This document shows, piece after piece, positions 38,764 to 48,727 of a DNA stretch of 64,000 nt (its first letter is position 1; every line of letters begins with the position of its first letter). The DNA is from Planctomycetota bacterium. GTDB lineage: Bacteria; Planctomycetota; PLA2; JAEUHO01. The translations under genes and the position numbers were made by a program. The stretch is from NCBI GenBank assembly GCA_965223505.1, contig CBDCWP010000044.1, positions 32,001 through 96,000 on the forward strand. The letters run 5' to 3'. The notes under the pieces are model-generated. The model searched no databases, was not told where the DNA came from, and saw only the letters and a program-made list of their open reading frames with translations.

Positions 38764-41700
38764 TACTCGTCCCCGTCCCCGTTGGGCTTCGGCTTCTCGG
38801 GTTGCTCGTCGTTCTCTGCGTCCGCGGCCATGTCCTTGGGCATCTTGCGCAGGTCCAACACGAGCTTCGGCTGGATCATGTCGTTGAGCCGCTTCAGTGC
38901 GGTTTCGAGGTCCGCGATGGTCCCCGGCCGCTCCGATTCGCCGAGCCGCGGATAGCGCGACTTGAGGCCGCGCAAGATCTTGCCCGCGTACTCGAGCATC
39001 GTCTTGGCATCCGCCTTGGCGGCGCCGGGGCTCGCACCGCGCGCCCGCTCGGCGGCGTTCAGCATGGCGTTGAGCCGGATGACCTGCGTTTCCCAGAACT
39101 CCTCGGAGTCGTCGTCGACCTGCATGAGCCCGCGCAGCAGCGTGCCGCAGAGGTTGATGGCTTTCACGTCGTCGCCCTCACGGCCCGACTCGGCGTAGGA
39201 CTGCGCAAGCGCCATGCGGAACGAGCGACGGTAGTCGCCGTGGATCCGGTAGAAGACGGCGTCGAAGCCGGCGTTCTTGAACGCCGCCACCGTGCGCTTC
39301 AGCGTCTGGTCGTCTTCCTTCGCCATCTCGCTCTTGAAGCGGCCGAGCGCCTCCTTGTAGGTGCGGTCGGCGCGGGCGCTTTCGAACTTCGGGATGGGCG
39401 TGCCGCCGGGACTCCCGAGCTCCTTGACCGCTTTGCGGAAGCCGGCGACGTCCGACACGCGCGGCATCGGAAAGCGGAAGGAGCGCTTCTCGATCGGGTC
39501 GGTCCACGGCAGGACCACGAAGTCGCCCGCGAGCATGCCGACCAGGAGGTCGTTGTTCTCCGGAATGTTCGCGACCGCGCCTTGCAGCAGCTCGACGGCC
39601 TTCAGATTGAGCTCGCGCGCCGTCTTCTCGTCTTGCGCCGTGCTGGCGAGGTGCGAGTAGATCTTGCCGAGCTTGCCGAGCGCCTTCGAGCGGTCCTCGG
39701 CGGTGATGCCGGGCAGCTTCAGGTAGGCCTCGTTGAGCTCCTTCGCGCGCTCCCAGTTCTCGCGAACCTCGGGCTTGAGCTCCGTCGCGTAGAAGTACAT
39801 GTACGCGAACTTGTACAGATGCGACGGCGTCAGGGACTCCTTCAGCGCGACCATCGTCTTGTACCAGAGATAGTACTTCTCCGCGGCCTTCACCAGGTGC
39901 GGGTACATCTCCAGCTTGTACGCGTCGATCTTCTTGCGCTCTTCGATGAGCTCAGCTTCGAGCGTTTCGCGTTTCGCCGTCAGCTCGCGCAGCTCCTTGT
40001 TCAGCCGCGCGATCGTCTTGATGATGCCGTCGCGGATGAGCTGCTCGTTTGGGTTCTTCTCGTCCTTGAAGTCCGGGCGGCCCTTGAGGTCCTTCTCGGC
40101 CTCGTCGCGCTCCGTCTTGCCGATCTTGGTATCACCGCCGCTCGCCATGGCGCGGTCGTACGTGTCGATCAGCTCCTGCTTCTTGCGGCGTGAGCCGTTG
40201 AGGTCGACGAGACGCTCCGCGACGCGGTTCTCGTCCTTCTCCGCGACCTTGAGCCGGTAGAGCAGGCCCTTGGCGCGTTCGTCTGGCGGACCCTGGATCT
40301 TGGCCAGCGAGGCCTTGAGGTTGGTTTCGATCTCCGAGTACTTGCTCTCGAAGTAGCGGGCCAGCCCGAACGTGATCTTGTGCAGCTTGTTGTAGGTCGG
40401 GTACTTGGCCACGAGCTTGTCGAGGTACTTCTCGGCGTTCTCGATGTCGCCCTTGCCGACGTAGGCCTGCACCTGGTTCCCCAGCGCGCCCGACAGATAC
40501 GGAAGGGGATCGAGGTCGCTGTGTTCGGCGGCGAACGTCTTCAGGAGATCGAGCACCGCGTCCCACTGCTCGAGCTCGACCAACGCGAGGCTCTTCCAGT
40601 AGATGGTTTGGCCGCGCGCCTTGCGTGCACGCTTCGCCCAGTCCGACTCGCTCTGCTTGAACTTCGCCTGCGCGACCGGACCGTCCCAGTACTTCAGGGC
40701 GGCGTCGGACTCCTTGATCATCCCGCGCCAATCCTTGCGGGCGAGCGCGCAGCGAATGATGTAGACGAACGCTTCGTTCTGCAGGCGCGCTTCGGGGTCC
40801 TTCGCAACGCGCCGGAATCCGGACTCCGCCTTCGACAGCGTCGACTTCCAGCCGCTCTTGCCCTCGTTGCGCTCCTTGATCGCCTGCTTGCGGTTGGCGA
40901 TCGCGGCCTGGATCTCGCTTTCCTGCTCGGACGGATGGCCGCGATAGTCGCTCGGGAACGAGTCCTGCACGGCTTTGAAGCGATCGAGATAGATCTTGGC
41001 GTCCGTCTGCACGTAGAGCTGGTCGAGCAGGCCCATCGCCTGTCGTCGAAGGTTGCCCGCCATGACGAGGTTCTCGTCGTTCTCGTCGTTCGTCGTGCGC
41101 GGAATGCGCCCGTCGATCCACGCCTCGTGGATCGGCTCCAGCGCCAGGCTCGCCGACAACAGGTCCCCGAGGTTCTTGTAGCAGATGGCGATCTTGCGCC
41201 ACGACGGGACGCCGAACTTCATCAGGTCGTCCGTGCTGTCGGTCATGGCGACGATCACGCGCTGGTAGGCGCCGATCGCGTCCGTGTAGCGCCCCTTCGA
41301 AAACTGGCTGTCCGCCACGCCCATCAGGACCTCCGCCGACTGGCCGCTGCCGCCGTTGGTGGTCCCGCCGCGCGTCACGAATTTCTCGAGCAGATCGTTG
41401 GCCTTCTTCTCGAGGTAGCCCTTGCCCTTCTCGCTCGCGATGCTGGCGGCCTGGCTGGCGATCTTGATCGCCTCGTTGGTCCGATCCTGGGCGTCCTCGA
41501 GCCGCGCCCACTGCAGGAGCGCGTGGATGCCGTCGTCCGTGTCACCGATCGTCGGGTGCCGCACCATCATCTTCTTGAGGTACGTGCTCCCGGTGCGCAG
41601 GAAGTTCTCCCCACCGACGCGGCCGGCGCTCAGGCAGAGCTGGCCGATGTGGTTGTAGCCGCGCGCGATGATGCGCAGCGTGTCCCCGTCCACGTGCTGG

Positions 41701-42563
41701 GTCTCGACCGTGGTGTCGAACCACTGCAGCGACTGGCGGTACCAGCTGAGTTGATCTTCCTCGCGCTGGGCGCACTTCGCGAGCTCCCAAAGCGCCTGTC
41801 CGTAGATGTCGGATGCGTACGCCGCGACGGTCTCGCCGTCGAAGAACCCGATGAACTCGTCCAGGTCGTTGTTGACCGACTTCAGCGCGTTCTCCGCCTG
41901 CGCGCTGCACGGATCGTGCACGAGCGCCGCGTAGAACTTGCAGACCACGAAGTAGTACTGCGCGATCTGCTGCATCGCGGTCGCCTTCTCGTCGTCCCAG
42001 CCGCGGCGCAGGGTGTCGAAGTAGCTGATGGCGCCCTCGACCATGTCGCGCGCGTCCGCTTGCACCTGCGTCGCGTTCGTTCCGCGCTCCTCCATCATCT
42101 CGGGCTCGCTCATGAGCCGGCTCTGCGCCCACTGGACGAACTCGAGGCGCGTCGTTCCGATCAGGTTCTTCGCCTCGTTGACGCGCGGGTGATCGGCGTT
42201 CTTGCGAACGAACGTCTCCATGTCCTCGACCGCGCTCTTGAAGAGCTTCACGACCTGCTCGTACGGAACGTCCGGGTTCGCGCGGGCGGCGATCGCGGCG
42301 TTGCGCGTGAGATCCGCGAGGCCGTACTTGGCGAGGTCCTTCTCGGACTCGCTGCGGTTCCGGTCGTCGAGCATGCGCTGGTAGACCTTGCGCGCGAGGT
42401 CGAACCACGACGAGTCGGCGGTCTGACGGCCCTTGGCGGCCAGCTGTTGGCCGAACTCGAAGTCGTCACTGCCCGCGCAGGCGGACGGCGTGCCGAAGGC
42501 GAGCAAGAGGAGAGAGAGGAATACCGTGGGGAGAACCAGACGTCGTACGCGACGAGTCAACAT
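38763..42563 (-). CDS. Very large exported TPR-like/coiled-coil protein (1266 aa)
   Basis: Signal peptide; TPR-like units (LMGVADSQFSKGRYTDAIGAYQRV; AEKYLDKLVAKYPT); long coiled-coil-like segment. Confidence 0.75.
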   Translation of the reverse strand: MLTRRVRRLVLPTVFLSLLLLAFGTPSACAGSDDFEFGQQLAAKGRQTADSSWFDLARKVYQRMLDDRNRSESEKDLAKYGLADLTRNAAIAARANPDVPYEQVVKLFKSAVEDMETFVRKNADHPRVNEAKNLIGTTRLEFVQWAQSRLMSEPEMMEERGTNATQVQADARDMVEGAISYFDTLRRGWDDEKATAMQQIAQYYFVVCKFYAALVHDPCSAQAENALKSVNNDLDEFIGFFDGETVAAYASDIYGQALWELAKCAQREEDQLSWYRQSLQWFDTTVETQHVDGDTLRIIARGYNHIGQLCLSAGRVGGENFLRTGSTYLKKMMVRHPTIGDTDDGIHALLQWARLEDAQDRTNEAIKIASQAASIASEKGKGYLEKKANDLLEKFVTRGGTTNGGSGQSAEVLMGVADSQFSKGRYTDAIGAYQRVIVAMTDSTDDLMKFGVPSWRKIAICYKNLGDLLSASLALEPIHEAWIDGRIPRTTNDENDENLVMAGNLRRQAMGLLDQLYVQTDAKIYLDRFKAVQDSFPSDYRGHPSEQESEIQAAIANRKQAIKERNEGKSGWKSTLSKAESGFRRVAKDPEARLQNEAFVYIIRCALARKDWRGMIKESDAALKYWDGPVAQAKFKQSESDWAKRARKARGQTIYWKSLALVELEQWDAVLDLLKTFAAEHSDLDPLPYLSGALGNQVQAYVGKGDIENAEKYLDKLVAKYPTYNKLHKITFGLARYFESKYSEIETNLKASLAKIQGPPDERAKGLLYRLKVAEKDENRVAERLVDLNGSRRKKQELIDTYDRAMASGGDTKIGKTERDEAEKDLKGRPDFKDEKNPNEQLIRDGIIKTIARLNKELRELTAKRETLEAELIEERKKIDAYKLEMYPHLVKAAEKYYLWYKTMVALKESLTPSHLYKFAYMYFYATELKPEVRENWERAKELNEAYLKLPGITAEDRSKALGKLGKIYSHLASTAQDEKTARELNLKAVELLQGAVANIPENNDLLVGMLAGDFVVLPWTDPIEKRSFRFPMPRVSDVAGFRKAVKELGSPGGTPIPKFESARADRTYKEALGRFKSEMAKEDDQTLKRTVAAFKNAGFDAVFYRIHGDYRRSFRMALAQSYAESGREGDDVKAINLCGTLLRGLMQVDDDSEEFWETQVIRLNAMLNAAERARGASPGAAKADAKTMLEYAGKILRGLKSRYPRLGESERPGTIADLETALKRLNDMIQPKLVLDLRKMPKDMAADAENDEQPEKPKPNGDGDE

Positions 42564-42981
42564 GAGAACGCTTCCTTCTCGGGTCGGTCGAATCCAGGAG
42601 CGGATCGGGACGGGGAATGTGTCCGACGGGGCGGCGGGTTCTGGGGTCCCGGCGCTTGCCCTACTGCGTTGCCCACCAGAGCGCGCGAAATAGGGGATGC
42701 GAGCAGCCCACCCGGATTCCCAGGGCGCGGATTCTACGGGTGCCCTCGTAGGGGGTCAATCGGACCCGGAACGTTCGTTCCCGGGTTGCCGAAGACCGCG
42801 TGAGGTCGCGCAGTCCGCGCATGGTGAATCGATGGACGGTTGCCCGGTACCAGAAGGGCGAGAGAAGCCGGCGGGAGCGGGTCGGCGCGGCAAGAGCCAC
42901 CATAGCGCAATCGGAAGGCGGTGCAACGGACAAAAGTCGCGCGCTGAGGGGGGCGCCCGATCGAATCGGGATGGGGACGTT

Positions 42982-43048
42982 GTAGCGACCCTCGTGGTCG
43001 CCCAATCCGTCGCCTGCCCCGCTGGGCAGCCACGAGGGCTGCCCCGAC
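42982..43048. repeat. Degenerate REP pair
   Basis: GTAGCGACCCTCGTGGTCGCCC 42982-43003 and GGGCAGCCACGAGGGCTGCCCCGAC 43024-43048. Confidence 0.85.
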
Positions 43049-43074
43049 GCCGACGCATCTTCGGCAACGAATGG

Positions 43075-43105
43075 AAAAGGGGCCGCGCTGAGCGAGCGCG
43101 GCCCC
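43075..43105 (-). terminator. Intrinsic terminator of secretin paralog 2
   Basis: 11-bp stem GGGGCCGCGCT/AGCGCGGCCCC, with AAAA on + (U-tract on -). Confidence 0.8.
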
Positions 43106-43134
43106 TCTCGGGATGTCCGTGATGTCCGGAAGGA

Positions 43135-45900
43135 CTAGCGGCGGAACCAGCGGCGCGGGTTGCCGACGCCCGGAAGGCCCTTGTCCTCGGGGCCCGTGCT
43201 GTCCGGACAGCCGCACGAGGGCGGAGCCTCGTCGGCCGGCCGCACCGGCGTCCAGCGGTTGGACGGGATCTCCGGCACGTTCAGGTTGTCCTTCGGCTCC
43301 AGCTCCTCCAGGTTCACGATCTCGGCCGTGATGAGGACGAGCAGGTTGCGGCGGTTCACGTAGTTGCCCTTGCGGGACAGCAGGAACGAGAGCACCGGCA
43401 GCTTCGAAAGGAAGGGCGTGCCGCTCTCGAGCGTCTCCTGCTCGTAGAACTTGAGACCGCCGAGCAGCAGCGTGCCGCCGTCGGGCATGTTGACCGTCGT
43501 GCGGACGCGGCTGACGCGCAACTCCGGAATCTGGATGACGACCGGGGCCGACGCCGTGACCGGACCCGAGGCGAGCGACGTGCTGAACGTCGCGATCGGG
43601 CGGGTCAGGACGGCCACCGTCGGGCGCAGCTCCAGGTTCACGAAGCGGCGGTCCGCGGAGACCACCGGGCGGACGTCGAGGACGATGCCGTCGAGGATCG
43701 TCTGGACGACCGGGTTCGCGATGTTGGACGCCTGCGCGATCTCGACCTCGTAGTCAGCCACGTAGGCGACCTGGTTGAGCACCTGCACGTTCGCGCGCTG
43801 CGTGTTGTAGACCGTGACGCGCGGGGCGGTGATCTGCTGGATGCGCTCGCTCTTCTCGACCGCGCGCAGGATCACCTCGATCTGGGTGTCGTCCAGGAAG
43901 GTGTGCTGGAAGGAAAGGCCGCCGGAGCCCGTGAGGACCTCGGGGTTGCCGAGCAGCACGTCGAACAGGTTCTCGACGCGAGCCGAGTAGGCGCCGTCTT
44001 GACCGTCGTTGTAGAAGATACCGGCGTCGTTGGCCGTACCGACCGAGGACGGCTCCGGGTTCACGCCGAACGGCACGCCGAACGGGTTGCCGGGCGACCC
44101 GAAGAAGACGTCGTCCTGGACGACCGCCGTACCGAGACCCGGCACGCCGATGCCCTGCGAGTTGTCGCCCAAGCCGCGCACGTCGACACCGACGTCGCGC
44201 AGGAAGTTGTCCTCGGCCGTCAGGAAGCGGACTTCCAGGTTCACCAGGATGCCCGTGTTCGCGCGGAGCTCCTCGAGAAGGTTGCCGATCTGGTTCAGGA
44301 TCGGCTTCGTGTTGCGCACGATCAGGATGCCGTTGCGCGCCTCGATGTTCGCCGGGTCGTCCCAGGCGCCTTCACCACCGATGGTCTCGCGGATCAGGTC
44401 CGGGAGGTTCTCGGCCGGGAAGATCGGAAGCGGATCCGGGAGCTCCGGCGGCTCCGGCGGCGTGAAGTTCGAGGGCGTCAGGTTGATCTCCTGGCCGACG
44501 AAGTTCTGAATCGCGACGTTGAGATCCTTCACGTCGAAGTAGCGCAGCTTCATGGTGCCGCTGATCTCGTCCTTGGTGGCGATCTTGATGACGCCGCCCT
44601 CGGCGATCCACTTGAGCTCGTAGTCCTCGGTGATGAGGTCCAGCACCGTGGAGACGCTGACGTCGTCGAGCTTGAGCGTGATCTGGACGTCCTCGCCCTT
44701 CTCCTCACGCGCCTTGGCGGTGATGAAGAAGTTGAGGCCGGTCAGGGTGCGCAGCAGGGCGACGGCGTCGTCCAGCGACGCGTCTTCCCAGTTCAGGCCC
44801 TGAATGCGCTGGTTCTCGATGACCGAGAGGATGCCGCCGAGCGACGCGTCCTCTGCCGCGTCGTCCGCGTCGCCGACCGCGCGGGGCTGGCGATGGGCGA
44901 TCTCCTCGAGCCAATCCTCGGGGAACTCGACCGTGCGGACCTGCGGCAGCGCGTCGTTCTCGACCTGCTGCATGATGCGCTTCCACTGGTCGTCGAAGCG
45001 ACGGCGCGCACTGATGTCCTCTTGCATGTGCTGCGCGTCGTAGCTGATCGTCATCAGACGCTCGGCATCGTCGTTCGTCGGGTCTTCGCGCAGGATCTGC
45101 CTCGCGTACTCGCGGGCCAGCTCGTAGTTGCCCTGGCGGAACGCCACGTTGGCTTCCTGGAAGTACGCGTGCATGCGGCCGAGACGACGCTCGCGCTCTG
45201 CGTTCAGCGCGTTCTCCTGCTCGATCTGCGCCTCGCGGATCTGCTCTTCGTGCGCGCTCCGCTCGGCGAGCTCCGACTTGTAGTTCGTGCGGTCGATGAG
45301 ATCGCGAATGCGCTCCGCGCTCATGCCGAAGTCCGCCGTCTCGTCGTACCAGGAGATGATGGCCAACGCCTTGCGGTACTCCTTGACCGCGCCGGCGTAG
45401 TTCTCCTGGCCTTCGAGCGTGCGACCGCGGTCGAGGTAGTTGCGAACCTCGGCGGCCGCCTGCTGGCGACGGACGTCTTCGACGCTCTTGCGCTCGCTCA
45501 TGTACGCGGCCGTCGTGCTGGGACGGTCGGACATGAGGTTCTCGAGCCCGTCGCGCGCTTCGATGTTGCTCGCGTCGAGGTCGAGTGCCTTCGCGAAGAG
45601 ATCCTTCGCCGTGTCGTAGTCGCCCTTGCTGACCGCGTCGTTGGCGCGATCGATGAAGTTCTTGATCAGGAACTTCTGACGGTCGGCTTCGACGGCGGCG
45701 GCGGCGGACTTCTCGTCGAGGTACTCGACGGCTTCCGGTGTCGCGGAGACGTCTCCGCCTTCGCCTTCCGCTTCCGCGACCACGACCGCGGTGTCGTCCG
45801 GCGAGCCGTCGCTCTTGGCGACGATGCGACGACGGCCTTGGCAGGCAGTCAGAGCGACGATCAAGACAGCTACAAAAAGGACGTGAACGGTGCGCTGCAT
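43135..45900 (-). CDS. Secretin-family lipoprotein with TPR-like region (paralog 2)
   Basis: Lipobox LTAC; TPR-like helices; LIVRNT; VNLEVRFL; APRVTVYNTQRA; TTVNMPDGGTLLLGG; PFLSKLPVLSFL. Confidence 0.85.
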   Translation of the reverse strand: MQRTVHVLFVAVLIVALTACQGRRRIVAKSDGSPDDTAVVVAEAEGEGGDVSATPEAVEYLDEKSAAAAVEADRQKFLIKNFIDRANDAVSKGDYDTAKDLFAKALDLDASNIEARDGLENLMSDRPSTTAAYMSERKSVEDVRRQQAAAEVRNYLDRGRTLEGQENYAGAVKEYRKALAIISWYDETADFGMSAERIRDLIDRTNYKSELAERSAHEEQIREAQIEQENALNAERERRLGRMHAYFQEANVAFRQGNYELAREYARQILREDPTNDDAERLMTISYDAQHMQEDISARRRFDDQWKRIMQQVENDALPQVRTVEFPEDWLEEIAHRQPRAVGDADDAAEDASLGGILSVIENQRIQGLNWEDASLDDAVALLRTLTGLNFFITAKAREEKGEDVQITLKLDDVSVSTVLDLITEDYELKWIAEGGVIKIATKDEISGTMKLRYFDVKDLNVAIQNFVGQEINLTPSNFTPPEPPELPDPLPIFPAENLPDLIRETIGGEGAWDDPANIEARNGILIVRNTKPILNQIGNLLEELRANTGILVNLEVRFLTAEDNFLRDVGVDVRGLGDNSQGIGVPGLGTAVVQDDVFFGSPGNPFGVPFGVNPEPSSVGTANDAGIFYNDGQDGAYSARVENLFDVLLGNPEVLTGSGGLSFQHTFLDDTQIEVILRAVEKSERIQQITAPRVTVYNTQRANVQVLNQVAYVADYEVEIAQASNIANPVVQTILDGIVLDVRPVVSADRRFVNLELRPTVAVLTRPIATFSTSLASGPVTASAPVVIQIPELRVSRVRTTVNMPDGGTLLLGGLKFYEQETLESGTPFLSKLPVLSFLLSRKGNYVNRRNLLVLITAEIVNLEELEPKDNLNVPEIPSNRWTPVRPADEAPPSCGCPDSTGPEDKGLPGVGNPRRWFRR

Positions 45901-46110
45901 CCGGTGGCCATCCCTTCCCGTTTACGTAAGTCTGGTGCGTTCTCGACGGCCGGAAAGCCCGCCCGAAAGAACATCCCTCCCTTGGGACGCGCATTTGGTA
46001 GGCGGGACCTGTCACGCCACCGTCACATTGCGTGCGCGTAAACCGCGAATACGTCGGTAGCTGCGTCGACTGAGCGCCGAGCGGGGTCACCGGAACGTAG
46101 GATTCCGTTC

Positions 46111-46866
46111 GTGACCCCCGAAAACGACCCCCGCCCGCCCTCGCTGCACGCCGAGGCCCGGCTGTATCTCGAGTGGATGCGCGGCGCCGGGGGACGGTGG
46201 CTTCCGGCGGACGGACCGCCGCCGGCGCTCGAGACCCCGAAGCCGGTCGCGTCCGGCGCTCGCGGTGACGCGTCGCCGAAGCTCACACGGCCCGAGCGGG
46301 CCGCGTATCTGGCTGCGATGGCGGACGACGTGAAGCGCTGCACGCGCTGCCGCCTCTGCGAGACGCGCAACGAGACGGTGTTCGGCGAGGGCAGCCAGGC
46401 GCCCAAGCTCGTGGTCGTGGGGGAGGCGCCCGGCGCGGACGAGGACCGCACGGGCCGGCCGTTCGTGGGGCGCGCGGGGCAGCTGCTGACGAAGATGCTC
46501 GCCGCCATCGGGCTCGCGCGTGAGGACGTGTACATCTGCAACGTGCTGAAGTGCCGCCCGCCGAACAACCGCAATCCGCGGCCCGACGAGGTCGGCTCCT
46601 GCCGGCCGTTCCTGCAGGAGCAGCTCACCCTGCTCGATCCGCCGCTGATCCTCGCGCTGGGCAGCCCTGCGTCCCGCGAGCTGCTCGGCACGGAGCGGGG
46701 GATCGGCAGCCTCCGGGGCCGATTCGCCCGCACCCGGGGCGGATTCCGCGTGATGCCGACCTATCACCCCGCGTACCTGCTGCGCAATCCGGCCGCGAAG
46801 CGCGACGTGTGGCATGACCTGAAGAAGGTTGCGGCCGACCTGGGGCTGGAGATCCCGGGGCGGTAG
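46111..46866 (+). CDS. Uracil-DNA glycosylase, family 4
   Basis: CTRCRLC, GEAPGADED, PFVGRAG, KCRPPNNR, TYHPAYLLR. Confidence 0.95.
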   Translation: MTPENDPRPPSLHAEARLYLEWMRGAGGRWLPADGPPPALETPKPVASGARGDASPKLTRPERAAYLAAMADDVKRCTRCRLCETRNETVFGEGSQAPKLVVVGEAPGADEDRTGRPFVGRAGQLLTKMLAAIGLAREDVYICNVLKCRPPNNRNPRPDEVGSCRPFLQEQLTLLDPPLILALGSPASRELLGTERGIGSLRGRFARTRGGFRVMPTYHPAYLLRNPAAKRDVWHDLKKVAADLGLEIPGR

Positions 46867-46953
46867 GTAGGGGCAGCCCTTGTGGCTGCCCAACCGCACA
46901 TGCGTTGAGACCTGATCGACGAGCGCGTGGGCGACCACGAGGGTCGTCCCTAC
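46867..46953. repeat. REP pair between convergent genes
   Basis: GTAGGGGCAGCCCTTGTGGCTGCCC 46867-46891 and GGGCGACCACGAGGGTCGTCCCTAC 46929-46953. Confidence 0.9.
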
Positions 46954-47582
46954 TGCGGGCGCAGGACGGCGACCCACAGCTCGCGGCGGTACGCGGCAAG
47001 GCCGCGTGCGTCCACCATCCGCAGGCCCGCGGCCGCAGCCTCCTCACGTAACTCCTTTTTCGACAAGGTGTAACGGTCCCCGCGCCGCCTGGTGAACAGG
47101 CGCCGGATGCCCCGGCTCAGGTTGTGGAAGCTCACCGGGTGGTGGAAGGACAGCAGCAGCGTGCCCTGGGTCAGGGCCCGCAGGCCGCGAAGCACGCGCT
47201 CGCGGTGCGCCGCGTCCGGGAGGTGATGGAGGAACCGGAAGCAGACCACCAGGTCGGCGGGCGTGGCATCGGCGGGCACGGCTTCGAGGTCGATCGTCTC
47301 CAGCCCCAAAAAATGGGGCTTTCCGGACAGGCGGCGCTCGGCCTCGGCGCGCATCGCCGGCGACAGATCTGCGGCGCGGGTGGGAATCCCGCGTCCCATC
47401 AGCTGCTCCGCAATGCGTCCCGTGCCGCAGGGCACGTCCAGTGCGCTGCCGGGCGGCTGCGGCAGGTCGTCGAGCAGGCGGGAGAGCAGGGTCCATTCTT
47501 CGGCGTCGCGTTTGGCGCTGCGCGCGGCGTAAGCCCGGGCCTTGCCCGGTTCGTCGTACTTGGTGCGGCCGGCGTAGGACAT
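46950..47582 (-). CDS. Class I SAM-dependent methyltransferase
   Basis: LDVPCGTGR, ADLSPAM, DLVVCFRFLHH. Confidence 0.88.
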   Translation of the reverse strand: MSYAGRTKYDEPGKARAYAARSAKRDAEEWTLLSRLLDDLPQPPGSALDVPCGTGRIAEQLMGRGIPTRAADLSPAMRAEAERRLSGKPHFLGLETIDLEAVPADATPADLVVCFRFLHHLPDAAHRERVLRGLRALTQGTLLLSFHHPVSFHNLSRGIRRLFTRRRGDRYTLSKKELREEAAAAGLRMVDARGLAAYRRELWVAVLRPQ

Positions 47583-47680
47583 CGGCCCGAATGTAGGGGA
47601 TGGGATAGGAGGTGGCAGCCCTGATCCTCGGTCGTGCCAAGTGTGTTTACGGCATCAGCCGAGGAAGGAACTGCCACCCC

Positions 47681-48727
47681 ATGACTGCGTACCACGTCGG
47701 AATCGACCTGCACAAGAGTGTCGCCCAAATCTGCGTCCGTGATGCGAAGGGCGAGATCGAAGAGGAGCGGCGGTGGCGCCTGCCGGATCGAAAGGCGGCC
47801 GCGGCGCTGGTTGCGTTTCTTGGCACCTACGGCGGCGGGCGCTTCGCGGTGGAAGCGTTGGGCTGCAACCGCTGGTTCGTGCTGGCCTGCCGCGAAGCGG
47901 GTTTGGAGATGCTTGTGGTGGACGCCACGAAGCTCGATCTGAAGAAGCAGGGCAAGAAGACGGATCGACGCGACGCCCAGGAGATCTCGCGCCGGCTGTA
48001 CCTTGGCGACCTGGACCGCTACGCACTGACCTACTTCGCCACCGAAGCCGAGTTCGGCCAGCGCAAGGTGTTGCGGGTTCGGCATCAGCTCGTTCAGCAT
48101 CGAACCAGCGTGCTGGCGCACATCCGCGGCATGCTCAACGCGTACCTGCTGCGAGCGCCGGTGACGCAGCTGTACACCAAGCGCGGGATCCAGTGGCTTC
48201 GCGAGCAGCGACTGGGTGATGAGAACCAGGATCTGGCGCTGCAGTCGCTGGTGGATGTCGTTGCGGCTCTGCAGGAGCGCATCGAGAAGCTCACCGCTCG
48301 AATCCGCGAGTTGGCCGAGCAGGACGAAGTCTCAGGCTGGATCGTTCGGAATCTGCCACAGGCGGGAGCCCAGACGGCTCTGACGCTTCAAGCTGAGTTG
48401 GGTGACGCAACCCGCTTCCGCGGTGCTCGACAGATCTCGAGCTATGGGGGTGTCGTTCCACGCGTTTCGGCCTCGGCGGATCGAGCGCACCACGGCCGCA
48501 TGACCAAACGCGGAAACGCCGAGTTGCGTTGGGTGCTGGGGCAATGGGCGGTTCGGTTGCTGGCCTTCGACCCAGAGGTGAAGGCGTGGGCACAGCCGAT
48601 GCTCAGGCGCATGCACCGCAACAAGGTTCGAATGGCGCTTGCACGCCGGCTACTGGTGGGCGTGTGGGTGATGTTCTCGCGTGGCGAGGTGTTCTCGCTG
48701 CGTCGGTGCCTAGGCCAGGCTGCCTGA
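47681..48727 (+). CDS. IS110 family transposase/recombinase
   Basis: DEDD RuvC-like GIDLHK, VEA, KTDRRDA; Tnp domain AELGDATRF, YGGVVPRVSAS, GRMTKRGN..LR, ALARRL. Confidence 0.96.
   Translation: MTAYHVGIDLHKSVAQICVRDAKGEIEEERRWRLPDRKAAAALVAFLGTYGGGRFAVEALGCNRWFVLACREAGLEMLVVDATKLDLKKQGKKTDRRDAQEISRRLYLGDLDRYALTYFATEAEFGQRKVLRVRHQLVQHRTSVLAHIRGMLNAYLLRAPVTQLYTKRGIQWLREQRLGDENQDLALQSLVDVVAALQERIEKLTARIRELAEQDEVSGWIVRNLPQAGAQTALTLQAELGDATRFRGARQISSYGGVVPRVSASADRAHHGRMTKRGNAELRWVLGQWAVRLLAFDPEVKAWAQPMLRRMHRNKVRMALARRLLVGVWVMFSRGEVFSLRRCLGQAA

Noticed and set aside
42884..42900. Sigma54 promoter candidate on the - strand (TGGC-N9-GC)
   Set aside because: Spacing fits but flanking consensus is poor; expected by chance at this GC content.
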